DNA of 64,000 nucleotides from Candidatus Aminicenantales bacterium (GTDB lineage Bacteria; Acidobacteriota; Aminicenantia; Aminicenantales; UBA4085): positions 62,001 to 126,000 of the forward strand of contig JBEKTZ010000006.1 of assembly GCA_049515535.1 (NCBI GenBank). The letters are read 5' to 3'. This document shows, piece after piece, positions 17,421 to 27,831 of this stretch. Position 1 is the first letter of the stretch; each line of letters begins with the position of its first letter. The position numbers and the translations under genes are program-made. A model generated the notes under the pieces. It had not been told where the DNA came from. It did no database searches and was given only the letters and a program-made list of their open reading frames with translations.

Positions 17421-20150
17421 ATGATCGGCCAAAGTCTCCTCCATTATCGCATCGTCGAAAAAATCGGCGAGGGCGGGATGGGCGTTGTCTATAAAGCCGT
17501 CGACACTCATCTCGACCGTCCGGTGGCCATTAAAATCCTGCCGCCCGACAAAGTCGCCGACTCTGAGCGAAAGCGGCGTTTCGTCCTCGAGGCCAAGTCC
17601 GCGTCCGCGCTTCATCACCCCAATATCGTCATCATCCACGATATCGCCTCGGACCGGGGCTTCGATTTCATCGTCATGGAGTACGTGGACGGCCAATCCC
17701 TCGATCAGCTCGTCGGACGCCGCGGGATGAAGCTCGGCCCGGCCCTCGGCTACGCCGTCCAGATCGCCGACGGCCTGGCCAGAGCCCACGCCGCGGGGAT
17801 CATCCACCGCGATCTCAAGCCGACCAACGTCATGGTCACCGCCGGGGGGCTGATCAAGATCCTCGATTTCGGGCTGGCCAAGCTGTCCGACCAAGCCCCT
17901 TCCGCTGCCGGCGCGGAGACCATGACTCTCGCCCAGGCCGAAAAGCCGCGAACCGAAGAAGGCTATGTCGTCGGCACGGCGGCCTATATGTCGCCCGAGC
18001 AGGCCGAGGGGGGAGTGGTCGACTCCCGTTCCGATATTTTCTCGTTCGGCGTCCTTCTCTACGAAATGCTCACCGGCCAGAAGGCTTTCCAGCGGGACAG
18101 CCGAATGAAGACGTTGGCCGCCGTCCTCAACGAGGAACCGCGCGCCGCCTCGGACATCAACGAGGCCGTCCCGCCCGAGGCAGAACGCCTCCTCGCCCGC
18201 TGTTTGCGGAAGGATCCCCAGCGGCGCTGGCAGACGGTTTCCGATCTCAAAGTCGCCCTTCAGGATTTGAAAGAGGATTCCGAATCGGGAAAACTCCCGG
18301 CGGCCGAGCACACTGCGCGCGCCCGGAAGCGGCCCGCTGCGCTCGTCATCGCCGGAGCGGTTTTCCTTCTCGCCGCCGCGGCCTTCCTGCTCCGCCCGTT
18401 GTTCTTCAAACCGGCCGGGGAGGCGAAGTTCGAAACCACCCGCCTGACGTTCGATTCCGGCCTGACCACAACGCCGGCGTTCTCGCCGGATGGGAAAATG
18501 GTGGCTTACGCCTCGGACCGTGAGGGAACCGGGACCCTCGATCTTTGGATCCAACAGGTTTCGGGCGGCAAGCCGCTCCGTCTGACCGATCATCCGGCCA
18601 ACGATTGGTTCCCGGATTTTTCTCCCGACGGGACAAAAATCGTTTTCCGGTCCGAACGCGATGGCGGCGGGATCTACGTCATCGATACTCTGGGAGGGGA
18701 GGCCCGGCGGATCGCCGACAAGGGCACGCAGCCGCGTTTCTCTCCGGACGGATCCCTCGTTTCCTATGTCGTTATCCCCGCCTCGCTCGATACGCAGCGC
18801 TTCAAAGTTTTCGTTGTTCCGGCCAAGGGAGGGACGCCCCGAGCAGTCTTGCCGAAATTCCGATTCATCAGCATCGCTACGGGAGCGGGGCCGGTCTGGT
18901 CCCCGGACGGGACGGCCATTCTCTTCAGCGGAGCATCCGAGAGCGACCCCAATTCGTCGGACTGGTGGGTCGTCCCCGTCGAGGGAGGGGAGCCCATCCG
19001 GACGCACGCCGTGGCCAATCTGGCCTTGCCGGCTTACGTTCAGTTCCCCTATGCCTGGAAGGGAAAAGATGTTTATTTCATTTCCGGCACCACGGTCGAA
19101 GGCGTCAACATCTTCCGGGTCTCCATCGATCCGAAATCCCGCCGGATTTCAGGACCCGCTCTGCCCATCACGAGCGGACCGGGCATGAAGATGATGATTT
19201 CCGTGTTGGCGAACGGATCGCTCGTCTACGCCCATACAACCGCCATCATGGATGCCTGGAGTCTCGACGCCCGGCCCGATGAAGGTGTTGTGGCCGGAGA
19301 ATTCCGCAAAATCACCCAAGATCTTATGCAGAAATTCTACCCCTCCGTAAGCCGCGACGGAAAGAAAATCGCCTTCGCGGCCTTCGGGGGGCTGCAGAAC
19401 ACGCGCATCGAAGTCCGGCTGAAGAGCCTGCCGGACGGGCACGAAACGGTTATCCCCTCGCAGGGTCAGTCCACGAGCTTCGCTCTATTTCCGAGGCTGA
19501 ACGCGGACGGAACGATGCTCGCCTTCCGGGATTTTGTCGCCGGGAAGTGGCATACTTTCATCCTTCCGGCGGGATCGACGACCCCCACAGACGCGGGCGA
19601 GACGGGCCGGGTTCTGGATTTCTTCTCCGATCCCAATTGGGTCCTTGTGCAAACGAAATCAAATGCGCTGGCCAAGCGGAACATCAAAAGCGGAGAAACG
19701 ACTCCGGTCCTCGAACTGCCGTCCGGATCTCTCAATGACGGCCATTTGTCCGCCGACAACCGCTGGGTAGCCTTCGGCACGAACCTGCCCGACGGTCGGG
19801 CGGCGATCTCCATCGCCCCACTGGGTCCTGTCCCGGCTTCGCCCCGCGATATCGTGCCCGTCGTCGAAAGCGATCACTATCTCAGCAACCCTCGCTGGTC
19901 TCCCAACGGGCGCTATGTCTATTATCTGTCCGAACAAAGCGGACGCTGCGGTCTGTACGCCCAGAAGCTCGATCCCCAAACAAAAAAACCGCTGGGCGAG
20001 GCCCAGGCGGTCTTTTTCACGCAGGGGGAACGCATCAACCTGAATTTTCCCAGGGGCCTCGGATTCATCGATGTGGCCGCGGACAAGATCATTCTCGCGG
20101 TGGACGAGATTACGAGCAACATCTTCCTCGTGAAGCCCGTCGCGCGTTGA
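17421..20150 (+). CDS. Ser/Thr protein kinase-TM-PD40/TolB-like beta-propeller
   Basis: [25 protein letters not shown] helix; repeated (F/W)SPDG. Confidence 0.92.
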   Translation: MIGQSLLHYRIVEKIGEGGMGVVYKAVDTHLDRPVAIKILPPDKVADSERKRRFVLEAKSASALHHPNIVIIHDIASDRGFDFIVMEYVDGQSLDQLVGRRGMKLGPALGYAVQIADGLARAHAAGIIHRDLKPTNVMVTAGGLIKILDFGLAKLSDQAPSAAGAETMTLAQAEKPRTEEGYVVGTAAYMSPEQAEGGVVDSRSDIFSFGVLLYEMLTGQKAFQRDSRMKTLAAVLNEEPRAASDINEAVPPEAERLLARCLRKDPQRRWQTVSDLKVALQDLKEDSESGKLPAAEHTARARKRPAALVIAGAVFLLAAAAFLLRPLFFKPAGEAKFETTRLTFDSGLTTTPAFSPDGKMVAYASDREGTGTLDLWIQQVSGGKPLRLTDHPANDWFPDFSPDGTKIVFRSERDGGGIYVIDTLGGEARRIADKGTQPRFSPDGSLVSYVVIPASLDTQRFKVFVVPAKGGTPRAVLPKFRFISIATGAGPVWSPDGTAILFSGASESDPNSSDWWVVPVEGGEPIRTHAVANLALPAYVQFPYAWKGKDVYFISGTTVEGVNIFRVSIDPKSRRISGPALPITSGPGMKMMISVLANGSLVYAHTTAIMDAWSLDARPDEGVVAGEFRKITQDLMQKFYPSVSRDGKKIAFAAFGGLQNTRIEVRLKSLPDGHETVIPSQGQSTSFALFPRLNADGTMLAFRDFVAGKWHTFILPAGSTTPTDAGETGRVLDFFSDPNWVLVQTKSNALAKRNIKSGETTPVLELPSGSLNDGHLSADNRWVAFGTNLPDGRAAISIAPLGPVPASPRDIVPVVESDHYLSNPRWSPNGRYVYYLSEQSGRCGLYAQKLDPQTKKPLGEAQAVFFTQGERINLNFPRGLGFIDVAADKIILAVDEITSNIFLVKPVAR

Positions 20151-20223
20151 ACGGACGGAGCCCTACTCTCGTCGTCATCAAGCGGAGCCCCGCGCCGTGC
20201 GCCGAGGCCCTGCTGAAGTGACC

Positions 20224-21006
20224 TTACTTGCGGGCGTTGATGACGTCCAGGACCTTGAACAAATAATCGTAGCTCGGCCGGTCCGTCGTGTTCTGCCCCA
20301 TGTACTTGAAAAGTAGAATCCCGTCCTTGTCCAGGATATAGACGCTGGGGATGTTCTGATCCACCTTGCCCCCACTCCACTCCGTCTGGAAAAGACCTAA
20401 CTGCTTCGAAACCGTCCGGTCGGCGTCGACGAGGATCGGGAAGGGGTCGAGGATCTCGCCCTTCTTCAGGCTGAAATCCTTGGGATAGAATACGCGGGAC
20501 CGCGCCATCCGCCTTTTGCCGACTTCGTCGAGCTTGTCCTGGTCGGGCGGGTTCTTGGCGACCCTGATTTTTTCGAGCTGATCGGGCAGAGCTTCGATCC
20601 AGCTCTTGACGATATCCCGGCTGTAGGGAAAGACGACCAGGATCTCGACGTTGTATTTCTTGCGGATCTGCTGGGCCTTTTCGAGATCGGCGAGTTCCAC
20701 GTACCTGTAATTGCAGATCGTGCACCAATAGTCCTTGGCCGCGTACCCGCGCGGGAAGATGATCATCACGTTTTTACCCTTGAACTGGGAGAGTGCCGCG
20801 GTTCCGCCTTGGTAAACGGGGAGCGTGAAATCGGACATGGGCTGCTCGATGATGGCGGGCTTGAAGTCAGGCGCTTTCTGAGCCGGTTGAGCCGGCTGCG
20901 CCTGCGTCTGGGCCTGGCCCGCGATCGCTACGGCGGTCGCGCCCGTCGCCCCGACCAGCGCGATGAGTCCGATCACTGCGAAAATTCTTGAAATGACGGT
21001 TTTCAT
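20224..21006 (-). CDS. Secreted redoxin (AhpC/TSA-like) domain protein
   Basis: DFTLP, WCTIC CxxC, FPILVDADR, PSVYILDKDG; signal peptide. Confidence 0.8.
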   Translation of the reverse strand: MKTVISRIFAVIGLIALVGATGATAVAIAGQAQTQAQPAQPAQKAPDFKPAIIEQPMSDFTLPVYQGGTAALSQFKGKNVMIIFPRGYAAKDYWCTICNYRYVELADLEKAQQIRKKYNVEILVVFPYSRDIVKSWIEALPDQLEKIRVAKNPPDQDKLDEVGKRRMARSRVFYPKDFSLKKGEILDPFPILVDADRTVSKQLGLFQTEWSGGKVDQNIPSVYILDKDGILLFKYMGQNTTDRPSYDYLFKVLDVINARK

Positions 21007-21232
21007 CGTTCCTCCTTGATCCTCTGTTTCTTTTCGGTCTTTTTTGTCTTTTTATTCTCCGGGGTCAACCTTCATCCATTTAGTGTACCACCTGTAAAAT
21101 GAAAGTTCCAGGAGGACGGGATCGAGATCCCGCTTTTCTAAACTTGCCTTTTCATTAAGGCCGATTCTGTGATAAATTAAAAACCGGGCGCCGGGCTTAG
21201 ACTTCACGCGGCCGGGCGCGCCGTGGAACTCC

Positions 21233-22246
21233 ATGGATAGCAAGAAAAGGGTTTTTGTCTCACTTGCCATCTTCCTCATTGTCTTCGCCGTTGGCATAAC
21301 GGGTTTCAGGATCCTGGGCGGGCCGGGGACGACTGTCCTCGACAGCGTCTATATGACGGTCATCACCATTTCGACCATCGGCTATGGTGAGGCCATTAAC
21401 ACGGCGAACAATCCGGCAGCTCGCGTCTTTACGATCGTTTACATCATCGTCTGCCTGGGGACGATCGCCTACGCCGTCTCGTCCCTGACGGCCTTCGTCG
21501 TGGAAGGGGAGCTCAAAAACATTCTTGGGAGAAGGAAAATGGAAAAGGAAATCGCCCGGCTTCAGGACCACTATATCATCTGCGGCTCCGACGAAACGGC
21601 CCAGACGATCGCCCAGGAGATGCTGCTCACGCAGAAGAAATTCGTGCTCATCGAGTCCGACAAGGAGAGGATCGAGCGGCTGGGGACCCTCGGCGCGTTG
21701 ATCATCGTCCACGGCGATTCCACGGAAGACGGCGTCTTGCATAAGGCCGGCATCGAGCGGGCCAAAGGGCTGATCACCTGCCTGCCGACGGACGAGGCGA
21801 ACCTGTTCGTGACCATCAGCGCCCGGAGCCTGAATCCCGGCCTCCGCATCGTGGCCAAGGGCGTTGACACGCGGTCGCACAAGAAAATGATCAAGGCCGG
21901 CGCGGACAGCGTTATTTCACCCGCCTATATCGGCGGCATGCGCATGGTCTCGGAAATGGTCCGGCCCGCGGTCACCACGTTTCTCGACATGATGCTCCGC
22001 GAGCGGGAGCGCGTGCTGCGTTTCGACGAGGTGACGGTCGCCGCCGGCTCGCCGCTCCTGGGCAAGACCATCTGCGATTCGAAGCTCGAGGAGAAGACGG
22101 GCGCCCTCCTCGTCGCGCTCCGCAAAGGCGGGGTCAAGGACTTCGATTTCAATCCGGCCAAGTCGACCCAGCTCGCGGAAAACGATGTCCTCGTCTTCAT
22201 CGCCACGCCGGAGATGATCAAGGAGATGGATAAAGTCCTGGCTTAA
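21233..22246 (+). CDS. Potassium channel protein with RCK (TrkA-N/TrkA-C) domains
   Basis: TISTIGYG selectivity filter between two TMs; HYIICG Rossmann start. Confidence 0.9.
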   Translation: MDSKKRVFVSLAIFLIVFAVGITGFRILGGPGTTVLDSVYMTVITISTIGYGEAINTANNPAARVFTIVYIIVCLGTIAYAVSSLTAFVVEGELKNILGRRKMEKEIARLQDHYIICGSDETAQTIAQEMLLTQKKFVLIESDKERIERLGTLGALIIVHGDSTEDGVLHKAGIERAKGLITCLPTDEANLFVTISARSLNPGLRIVAKGVDTRSHKKMIKAGADSVISPAYIGGMRMVSEMVRPAVTTFLDMMLRERERVLRFDEVTVAAGSPLLGKTICDSKLEEKTGALLVALRKGGVKDFDFNPAKSTQLAENDVLVFIATPEMIKEMDKVLA

Positions 22247-23370
22247 TTATCCGTTTTCTTATCCACGGGTTTTATATCCTCAGGGCCCGCTTCCAACAGG
22301 TCCGTCGATTTCCCCCCGCTCAAGTTCTCGAGCTTGTCGGAGAACTTGTCCAGTCTCTTTTCCGCGTCTTCATATTTGCTCTTGGCGTTGGAGAGGTGCG
22401 AGCCGAGGACCTGAAAATCGCTCTTGAACCGCGAGAGGTCCCCGTGGATCCGGGCCAGCGATTGGAGCATGGAAAGAGCGGATTTTTCGATCTGCAGTCC
22501 TTTGAGGCCGAGGATGATCACCTGAAGATAGGCATAGAATGAATTGGGCGAGACGGGGATGACCTTCTTCTGCATGGCATAGCTGAAGGTGCTTTTTTCC
22601 TGTCCGAAAGCCTCATCCTTCAGGATCGTTTCGTAGTAGATGTTCTCCGCCGGAATGTACATCAGGGCGAACTCGTAGGTCCCTTCGTCCGGCAGGATAT
22701 ATTTCGTGGCGATGCCGTCGATGTGCTTTTTGACGTCGGCGTAGAATTTCTTTTTGTAAGCGTCCTTGGCTTTTTCGTCTTCCTCCTCGACGAATTTCTT
22801 GAAGTTTTCGAGAGGGAATTTCGAGTCGACGGGGACGAGGTTTGCGCCGATCTTGACGACAGCGTCCACTTTTTCTCCGCTTTTGAAGGCGTATTGCGTT
22901 TCGTAATTGGCCGGCGGCAGGATCTGGCTCAAAAGGTCGTTGAGGAAGAGCTCGCCCATGCCGCCTCGAAATTTCGGCGCGCGGAGCAGATCGCCGAGCT
23001 CCGCGATATTTTTGGATTTTTCAAGGACCTCTTGGGTGACGATCTCGATCTTCCCGAGATAGGAGCGCACGTCGCCCAGGCTCTGGCCGATGTTGCCGGT
23101 GGTATCGCGGAACTGGGCGGACATGTTCTGGATCTGCTGCCCGATTGTGCCGGTCGTCTTCAAGAAATGATCGCTCATGGCCTGGAGCTGCTGGTTCAGA
23201 TTTTGGGTGAGCTGGCCGATCTGCTGCTGCATCAGGGACAGCGCCTGGTTGTCGGTTTGCGAGCGGCGGATCTCTTCGATTTTGGAGGAGGTGGCCCTGA
23301 CCGAGAAGAAAAAGACGGCGGCGATTACGATCACGGCGGCGATAAAGACAAGAAGGCTGATGATCGTCAT
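22243..23370 (-). CDS. rmuC: DNA recombination protein RmuC
   Basis: N-terminal TM plus coiled coil; RG.MGE, VPVDSKFP, KYI, FALMYIPAE, VSPN. Confidence 0.9.
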   Translation of the reverse strand: MTIISLLVFIAAVIVIAAVFFFSVRATSSKIEEIRRSQTDNQALSLMQQQIGQLTQNLNQQLQAMSDHFLKTTGTIGQQIQNMSAQFRDTTGNIGQSLGDVRSYLGKIEIVTQEVLEKSKNIAELGDLLRAPKFRGGMGELFLNDLLSQILPPANYETQYAFKSGEKVDAVVKIGANLVPVDSKFPLENFKKFVEEEDEKAKDAYKKKFYADVKKHIDGIATKYILPDEGTYEFALMYIPAENIYYETILKDEAFGQEKSTFSYAMQKKVIPVSPNSFYAYLQVIILGLKGLQIEKSALSMLQSLARIHGDLSRFKSDFQVLGSHLSNAKSKYEDAEKRLDKFSDKLENLSGGKSTDLLEAGPEDIKPVDKKTDN

Positions 23371-23435
23371 GAGAAATTCCCTTCGCCGTGATTATAGCAA
23401 TACGGCCGCATTAAAAATAGTCAAAAATAGTGCCC

Positions 23436-23464
23436 TTGCGAGACCGGGGGGTTTTTGCTACAAT
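23436..23464 (+). promoter_or_regulatory. sigma70-type promoter of tRNA-Lys
   Basis: TTGCGA-17 bp-TACAAT with extended TGn. Confidence 0.65.
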
Positions 23465-23478
23465 GGTGCGGTTTTTAT

Positions 23479-23551
23479 GGCCCGTTAGCTCAATTGGTAG
23501 AGCAGCAGACTCTTAATCTGCGGGTTGTAGGTTCGAGTCCTACACGGGTCA
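23479..23551 (+). tRNA. tRNA-Lys (CTT), CCA not encoded
   Basis: Complete cloverleaf: acceptor GGCCCGT/ACGGGTC, anticodon stem GCAGA/TCTGC with CTT, T-loop TTCGAGT. Confidence 0.97.
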
Positions 23552-23682
23552 GTTTCTTTCTCGTTCGAAAATCAATCACTTACGCGGAAATATTCATGTT
23601 GCTTGACATCGATCGGCGGCTGTGTCAAGTCTTTGGAGGGAGGGTGGTACCGATTCCGATCTGAACGGGAGGGCTCGTCGCG

Positions 23683-24042
23683 TTGCGTGAAAAAGCAAAT
23701 CCTCAAGAGACCAGGCATAGGATACTCGCCGCTTATAGGTTATTTGGATTTTTCTATGAAGACGCCCGTAGTCACCCGTATTCATGGGATGGCGCTATAT
23801 TTCTGACGAGTGATACCAATAGGGAAAAGTCTTATTTGACCGGCGAAAAAGTGAAGCTTATGAAAGAATATCAGGATATGCTCTCGAAGGACGGTTTGAT
23901 GCTTGTCAAAAAGTGCAAGGTCGATTATATATTGGCTGTAGATAAAAAGGACGACACTCTGATAAAGCGGCTTACGGATTCAGGGCATGAGAAAGTTTAT
24001 AATGATGGACGATATTCTATCATAAAAATAGGAAGGCGCTAA
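23683..24042 (+). pseudogene. Probable 3' remnant of a hypothetical gene
   Basis: No convincing start or RBS; stop overlaps the start of the next gene; KVDYIL..EKVY.D.YSI.KI C-terminus. Confidence 0.45.
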
Positions 24043-25478
24043 TGGCCAAAATAGGACTTATACCTGCCGCTGGAGCCGGTGTGAGGGCATATCCTACCAC
24101 GAATTATATCCCGAAAGTTATGCTGGAGATTGCGGGTAAGCCCATCGTATTGAGGAATATCGAAATAATGCGGGATAAGCTCGGTATAAAGGACATATTT
24201 GTCATTACCGGTTACATGGCCGATGTCATTAAGAGTTTTTTAAAGGACGGCTCGGCATTCGGAGTTCGAATAAAGTATATAAACTGCGATGAGCATACGG
24301 TCGGGCTCGCCAGGGGGATCCTACTGGCAAAGGATATTATTAAAGAAGACTTCGTGGCTATCCTGGGAGATGAGGTTTACATTAATTCCGATCATGAGAT
24401 CATAAGCGATATAAAGGGATGGGATTTTGCGGTTGGCTGCGCTCTTATGCGTAGTGACGACGCAAAACTTATAAGCAAGAATTATACGGTCACCGTGAAT
24501 GGGGACAGAATAACGACCTTAATAGAAAAACCTCAGCACATTGAGCATGATATTCTCGGATGCGGCACATATCTCTTTACCCCTGCGATATTCGATGCCA
24601 TTGAGAAGACGGCGCCGTCAAAACGATCTGGCAAGGTTGAGTTGACCGACGCAATCGGTACGCTCGTCGCGCAGGGAAAGAAAGTTTACCCGCTATTCCT
24701 AATAGGCGAATACCATAACATTAACTCCGTTGAGGATTATAACTTCGCAAATTACATGTGTCGAGCCACCTACTTTAACACGTTCAAAGTAAGCGTGGTG
24801 ATACCGGCGTACAATGAGGCGGAATCGATAGCGTACGTGGTCAAGGATTTTGTCGATAAGGTGGATGAGGTGTTTGTCGTTGATAATTCATCGAAGGATC
24901 GGACTCGTGAAGCAGCGCTCGAAGCTGGTGCCCGGGTGGAGACGGTCAGTCTGGAGGGCTATGGGGACACTATACGGTACGGACTTGATAATGCGAAGGG
25001 CGACATCCTGGTGGTGGTCGAGGCGGACCATTCTTTCAGGGCCAAGGACCTCGGCAAGTTTCTCGAATACATGAAAGATTCTGATATGGTTATCGGCACG
25101 CGCACAACACGACAGATGGTCGAGCAAGGCGCTAACATGAAGGGGTTGCTCAGATGGGGAAATGTTTTTGTTGGCAAGCTGGTCGAATTCCTGTGGTGGG
25201 GCCATGAGCCGCGTTTTACCGATGTCGGATGCACATATAGGGCAATCTGGAAAGATACTTATTTAAAGATAAGAGACCGATTGGAGGGCGTAGGTCCGGA
25301 ATTTTCTCCGGAGATGATGATAGAGGTCTTACGCGCGCGAAAGCGTATCATTGAGATCCCGATATCATATTATAAGCGTTCTACGGGCGTGTCGAAGCAT
25401 TCCGAGAATTATCTCAAAGTGTCGAAGACCGCCTTGAGAATGCTAGTGATGATCTTTAAAAAGAGGTGGAAAAAATGA
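24042..25478 (+). CDS. Fused sugar-phosphate nucleotidyltransferase + GT2 (polyprenol-phosphate glycosyltransferase-like)
   Basis: N-terminal IPAAGAGVR..PK, EKP, ELTDAI; C-terminal SVVIPAYNEA, VVDN.S.D, GYG, EAD. Confidence 0.88.
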   Translation: MAKIGLIPAAGAGVRAYPTTNYIPKVMLEIAGKPIVLRNIEIMRDKLGIKDIFVITGYMADVIKSFLKDGSAFGVRIKYINCDEHTVGLARGILLAKDIIKEDFVAILGDEVYINSDHEIISDIKGWDFAVGCALMRSDDAKLISKNYTVTVNGDRITTLIEKPQHIEHDILGCGTYLFTPAIFDAIEKTAPSKRSGKVELTDAIGTLVAQGKKVYPLFLIGEYHNINSVEDYNFANYMCRATYFNTFKVSVVIPAYNEAESIAYVVKDFVDKVDEVFVVDNSSKDRTREAALEAGARVETVSLEGYGDTIRYGLDNAKGDILVVVEADHSFRAKDLGKFLEYMKDSDMVIGTRTTRQMVEQGANMKGLLRWGNVFVGKLVEFLWWGHEPRFTDVGCTYRAIWKDTYLKIRDRLEGVGPEFSPEMMIEVLRARKRIIEIPISYYKRSTGVSKHSENYLKVSKTALRMLVMIFKKRWKK

Positions 25479-25780
25479 AGTTTAAAGGCTATGAAGTAAC
25501 GCATAATCCTCCGGAAGATGCCTGGCTAAAAGGGTATTTCTATATTAATACTCCTGCTGTTGCGGGGGATGTAAGAAAATTGCAGTTTTCGGATAACTAC
25601 TTCGATAAGGTAATCTCGTCTGTTTTTTTTGAACACTTAAGCCCTGAAGACAATGCGTTGGTTTTGAAAGAAGCATACCGTGTGTTAAGACCCGGCGGAG
25701 CTCTTATCATCAAGACCCCAAGAGTTGAAATATATAAGCCAATGATAACGTCTTTATTCGAAAGGAATCTTAGTATATGA
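25475..25780 (+). pseudogene. Class I SAM methyltransferase fragment
   Basis: GDVRKLQF.DNYFD, FEHL, RVLRPGG present; motif I (GxGxG) absent; only ~100 aa. Confidence 0.6.
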
Positions 25781-26820
25781 GAATTCTAGTTACGGGTGGT
25801 GCTGGTTTTCTAGGAATAAATTTGATCCGCCTTCTTATGGAGAAGGGTGTTAAGGAGATCGTTTCGGTTGATATTGCGGAATTTGATTATCCCGAGCGGG
25901 ATAAGGTGAGGATCTTCAAGGGTGATATAAGAGATGCTACGTTGATGGATAAGGCCATGGAAGGGGTAGACATGGTCGTCCACACTGCCGCAGCGCTTCC
26001 GCTGTATAAGAAAGAAGAGATATACTCGATAGATGTTGACGGCATGCATACAGTCCTCGACGCTGCCCTAAGGCATAAAGCGAAGAGAGTTGTTCATATT
26101 TCTACCACCGCTGTTTACGGAATACCAAAGAAACATCCCATATACGAGACAGATCCGCTCGGAGGTGAGGAGGTCGGTGATTACGGCAAAGCGAAGATAA
26201 TGGCTGAAGATGTCTGCAAAGAATATCGAAAGAAGGGGATGTGTATTCCTATTTTGCGGCCCAAGTCGTTCATAGGACCAGAGCGACTCGGGATATTCGC
26301 ACTCCTCTACGATTGGGCATACTCCGGAAAGAACTTTCCGATCGTAGGGAAAGGCGATAATCTCTTCCAGTTGATGGACGTCTATGATCTGTCGGAGGCG
26401 ATCTATGCCTGCTTGACCAAAGATGCGCAGGCGGTTAATGATACGTTTAATCTCGGAGCAAAAGAGTTCAGAACAATACGGGAGGATTTCCAGTCCGTTC
26501 TAGACGAGGCGGGGTATGGCAAGCGGATCGTCTCGTTTCCCATTAAGCCGTCACTCTTTGCGCTCGAGCTATTGCACTATCTGAAGCTCTCCCCGGTATA
26601 TAAATGGAATTACGGAACCGTATACGTAGAGTCCTTTACTTCAATCGAGAAGGCGCAGAAGATCCTCGGATTCGATCCTAAGTATTCGAACAGGGACGCA
26701 CTTATACGCAACTATAAGTGGTACCTTATCAATAAAGATAATTTCGGTAAGGCCACCGGTGTTTCTCACCGTGTTCCGTGGAACCAGGGAGTCTGGAAGA
26801 TCGCGAAGATCTTTTTTTAG
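25777..26820 (+). CDS. NAD-dependent epimerase/dehydratase (extended SDR)
   Basis: VTGGAGFLG, HTAA, ISTTAVYG, YGKAK (YxxxK). Confidence 0.92.
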   Translation: MRILVTGGAGFLGINLIRLLMEKGVKEIVSVDIAEFDYPERDKVRIFKGDIRDATLMDKAMEGVDMVVHTAAALPLYKKEEIYSIDVDGMHTVLDAALRHKAKRVVHISTTAVYGIPKKHPIYETDPLGGEEVGDYGKAKIMAEDVCKEYRKKGMCIPILRPKSFIGPERLGIFALLYDWAYSGKNFPIVGKGDNLFQLMDVYDLSEAIYACLTKDAQAVNDTFNLGAKEFRTIREDFQSVLDEAGYGKRIVSFPIKPSLFALELLHYLKLSPVYKWNYGTVYVESFTSIEKAQKILGFDPKYSNRDALIRNYKWYLINKDNFGKATGVSHRVPWNQGVWKIAKIFF

Positions 26821-26853
26821 AGTGTGAAAAAAATAGTTTATTAAAAGATGTGA

Positions 26854-27702
26854 TCGCAAGACGTTTATTCTCTAGGAGCCCTTAAGGTCTTTTTCGGTGT
26901 TTGCTTCTTTCAGGATATCAATACCCTTGATATTGAGAAGTTTAAGACACAAAGGCTCAAAGAGGGCAATTCCAAGGCAAGGGTCAACCGGTATTTATCC
27001 CTTTTGAAAAAAATGTTCAATCTGGCTATTGACTGGGGTTATGCCAAGGACAATCCAGTCCGGAGGGTGAAACTCTTCTCAGAGAAGGACAACTTGAAGG
27101 AGAGGATTCTGACGGATGATGAGGAGGAGAGGCTCCTGGAGGCCTCCAAGTCCCATCTGAGGCCGATTATCCTCACCGCTCTTCATACAGGCATGAGAAG
27201 AGGAGAGATTCTTGGCCTCAAATAGCATCAAGTTGATCTAGCGAAACGGATAATCCGGGTTGAGAAGACTAAAAGCGGAAAAAACCGGTTTATCCCCATC
27301 AGTGAGTTCCTCATGTTAGAGCTCGTGAAGCTCAAGAAGGAAAACGGTACGTCCCAATTTGTTTTCTTGAACCCCAGGACTAGAAAGCCCATGACAGATG
27401 TTAAAACAAGTTTCAACGCGGCCACCAGGAGAGCTGGAATTTATGGGCTTCGCTTCCACGATTTGCGGCACACCTTTGCCAGCCGCCTTGTTGAGATGGG
27501 ATTTGACCTGATCACCGTGAAAGACCTTCTTGGTCACAACAGCGTAATAACCACCCAGCGTTATACGCATGCCAATGCGGAACAGAAGAAGAAAGCGGTT
27601 CATGCACTGGGACAAAAAGCATCCCCCATGTCGGATTTCATCCCCGCCGTGTCCACTCGGCCAGAAGGTACGGTTCTAGTTGATGTATTATCAACGAATT
27701 AG
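26854..27702 (+). pseudogene. Tyrosine recombinase/integrase, 5'-truncated, with internal TAG at 27223-27225
   Basis: TGMRRGEILGLK*HQVDL, TKSG, FHDLRH, LLGH, TQRY; the two ORF halves are in frame. Confidence 0.9.
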
Positions 27703-27704
27703 AG

Positions 27705-27761
27705 TGGTAGAGCAGCAGACTCTTAATCTGCGGGCTGTAGGTTCGTGTCCTACACGGGTCA
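27705..27761 (+). repeat. attR: duplicated 3' 57 bp of tRNA-Lys
   Basis: Matches 23495-23551 with 2 substitutions; lacks the 5' acceptor strand. Confidence 0.92.
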
Positions 27762-27831
27762 ATTTGTTTTTCATATGTAAATCCCAGAATTTTCAAAGCG
27801 TCGGCAATTTCCTGCTTCACAGGGAAGGCCG

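Larger units (their letters stand above)
23495..27761. mobile_element. Decayed genomic island integrated at tRNA-Lys
   Basis: 57-bp direct repeats 23495-23551 and 27705-27761; integrase remnant next to the right repeat; visibly lower GC inside. Confidence 0.88.

Noticed and set aside
17154..19007. Long antisense or alternate-frame ORFs (also 40674-42080, 62316-63656, 59301-60293, 56929-57870)
   Set aside because: These are shadows of well-supported genes in GC-rich DNA and have no recognisable motifs.
27705..27761. Second tRNA-Lys gene
   Set aside because: It lacks the 5' acceptor strand and the first D-stem strand, so it is the att duplicate.
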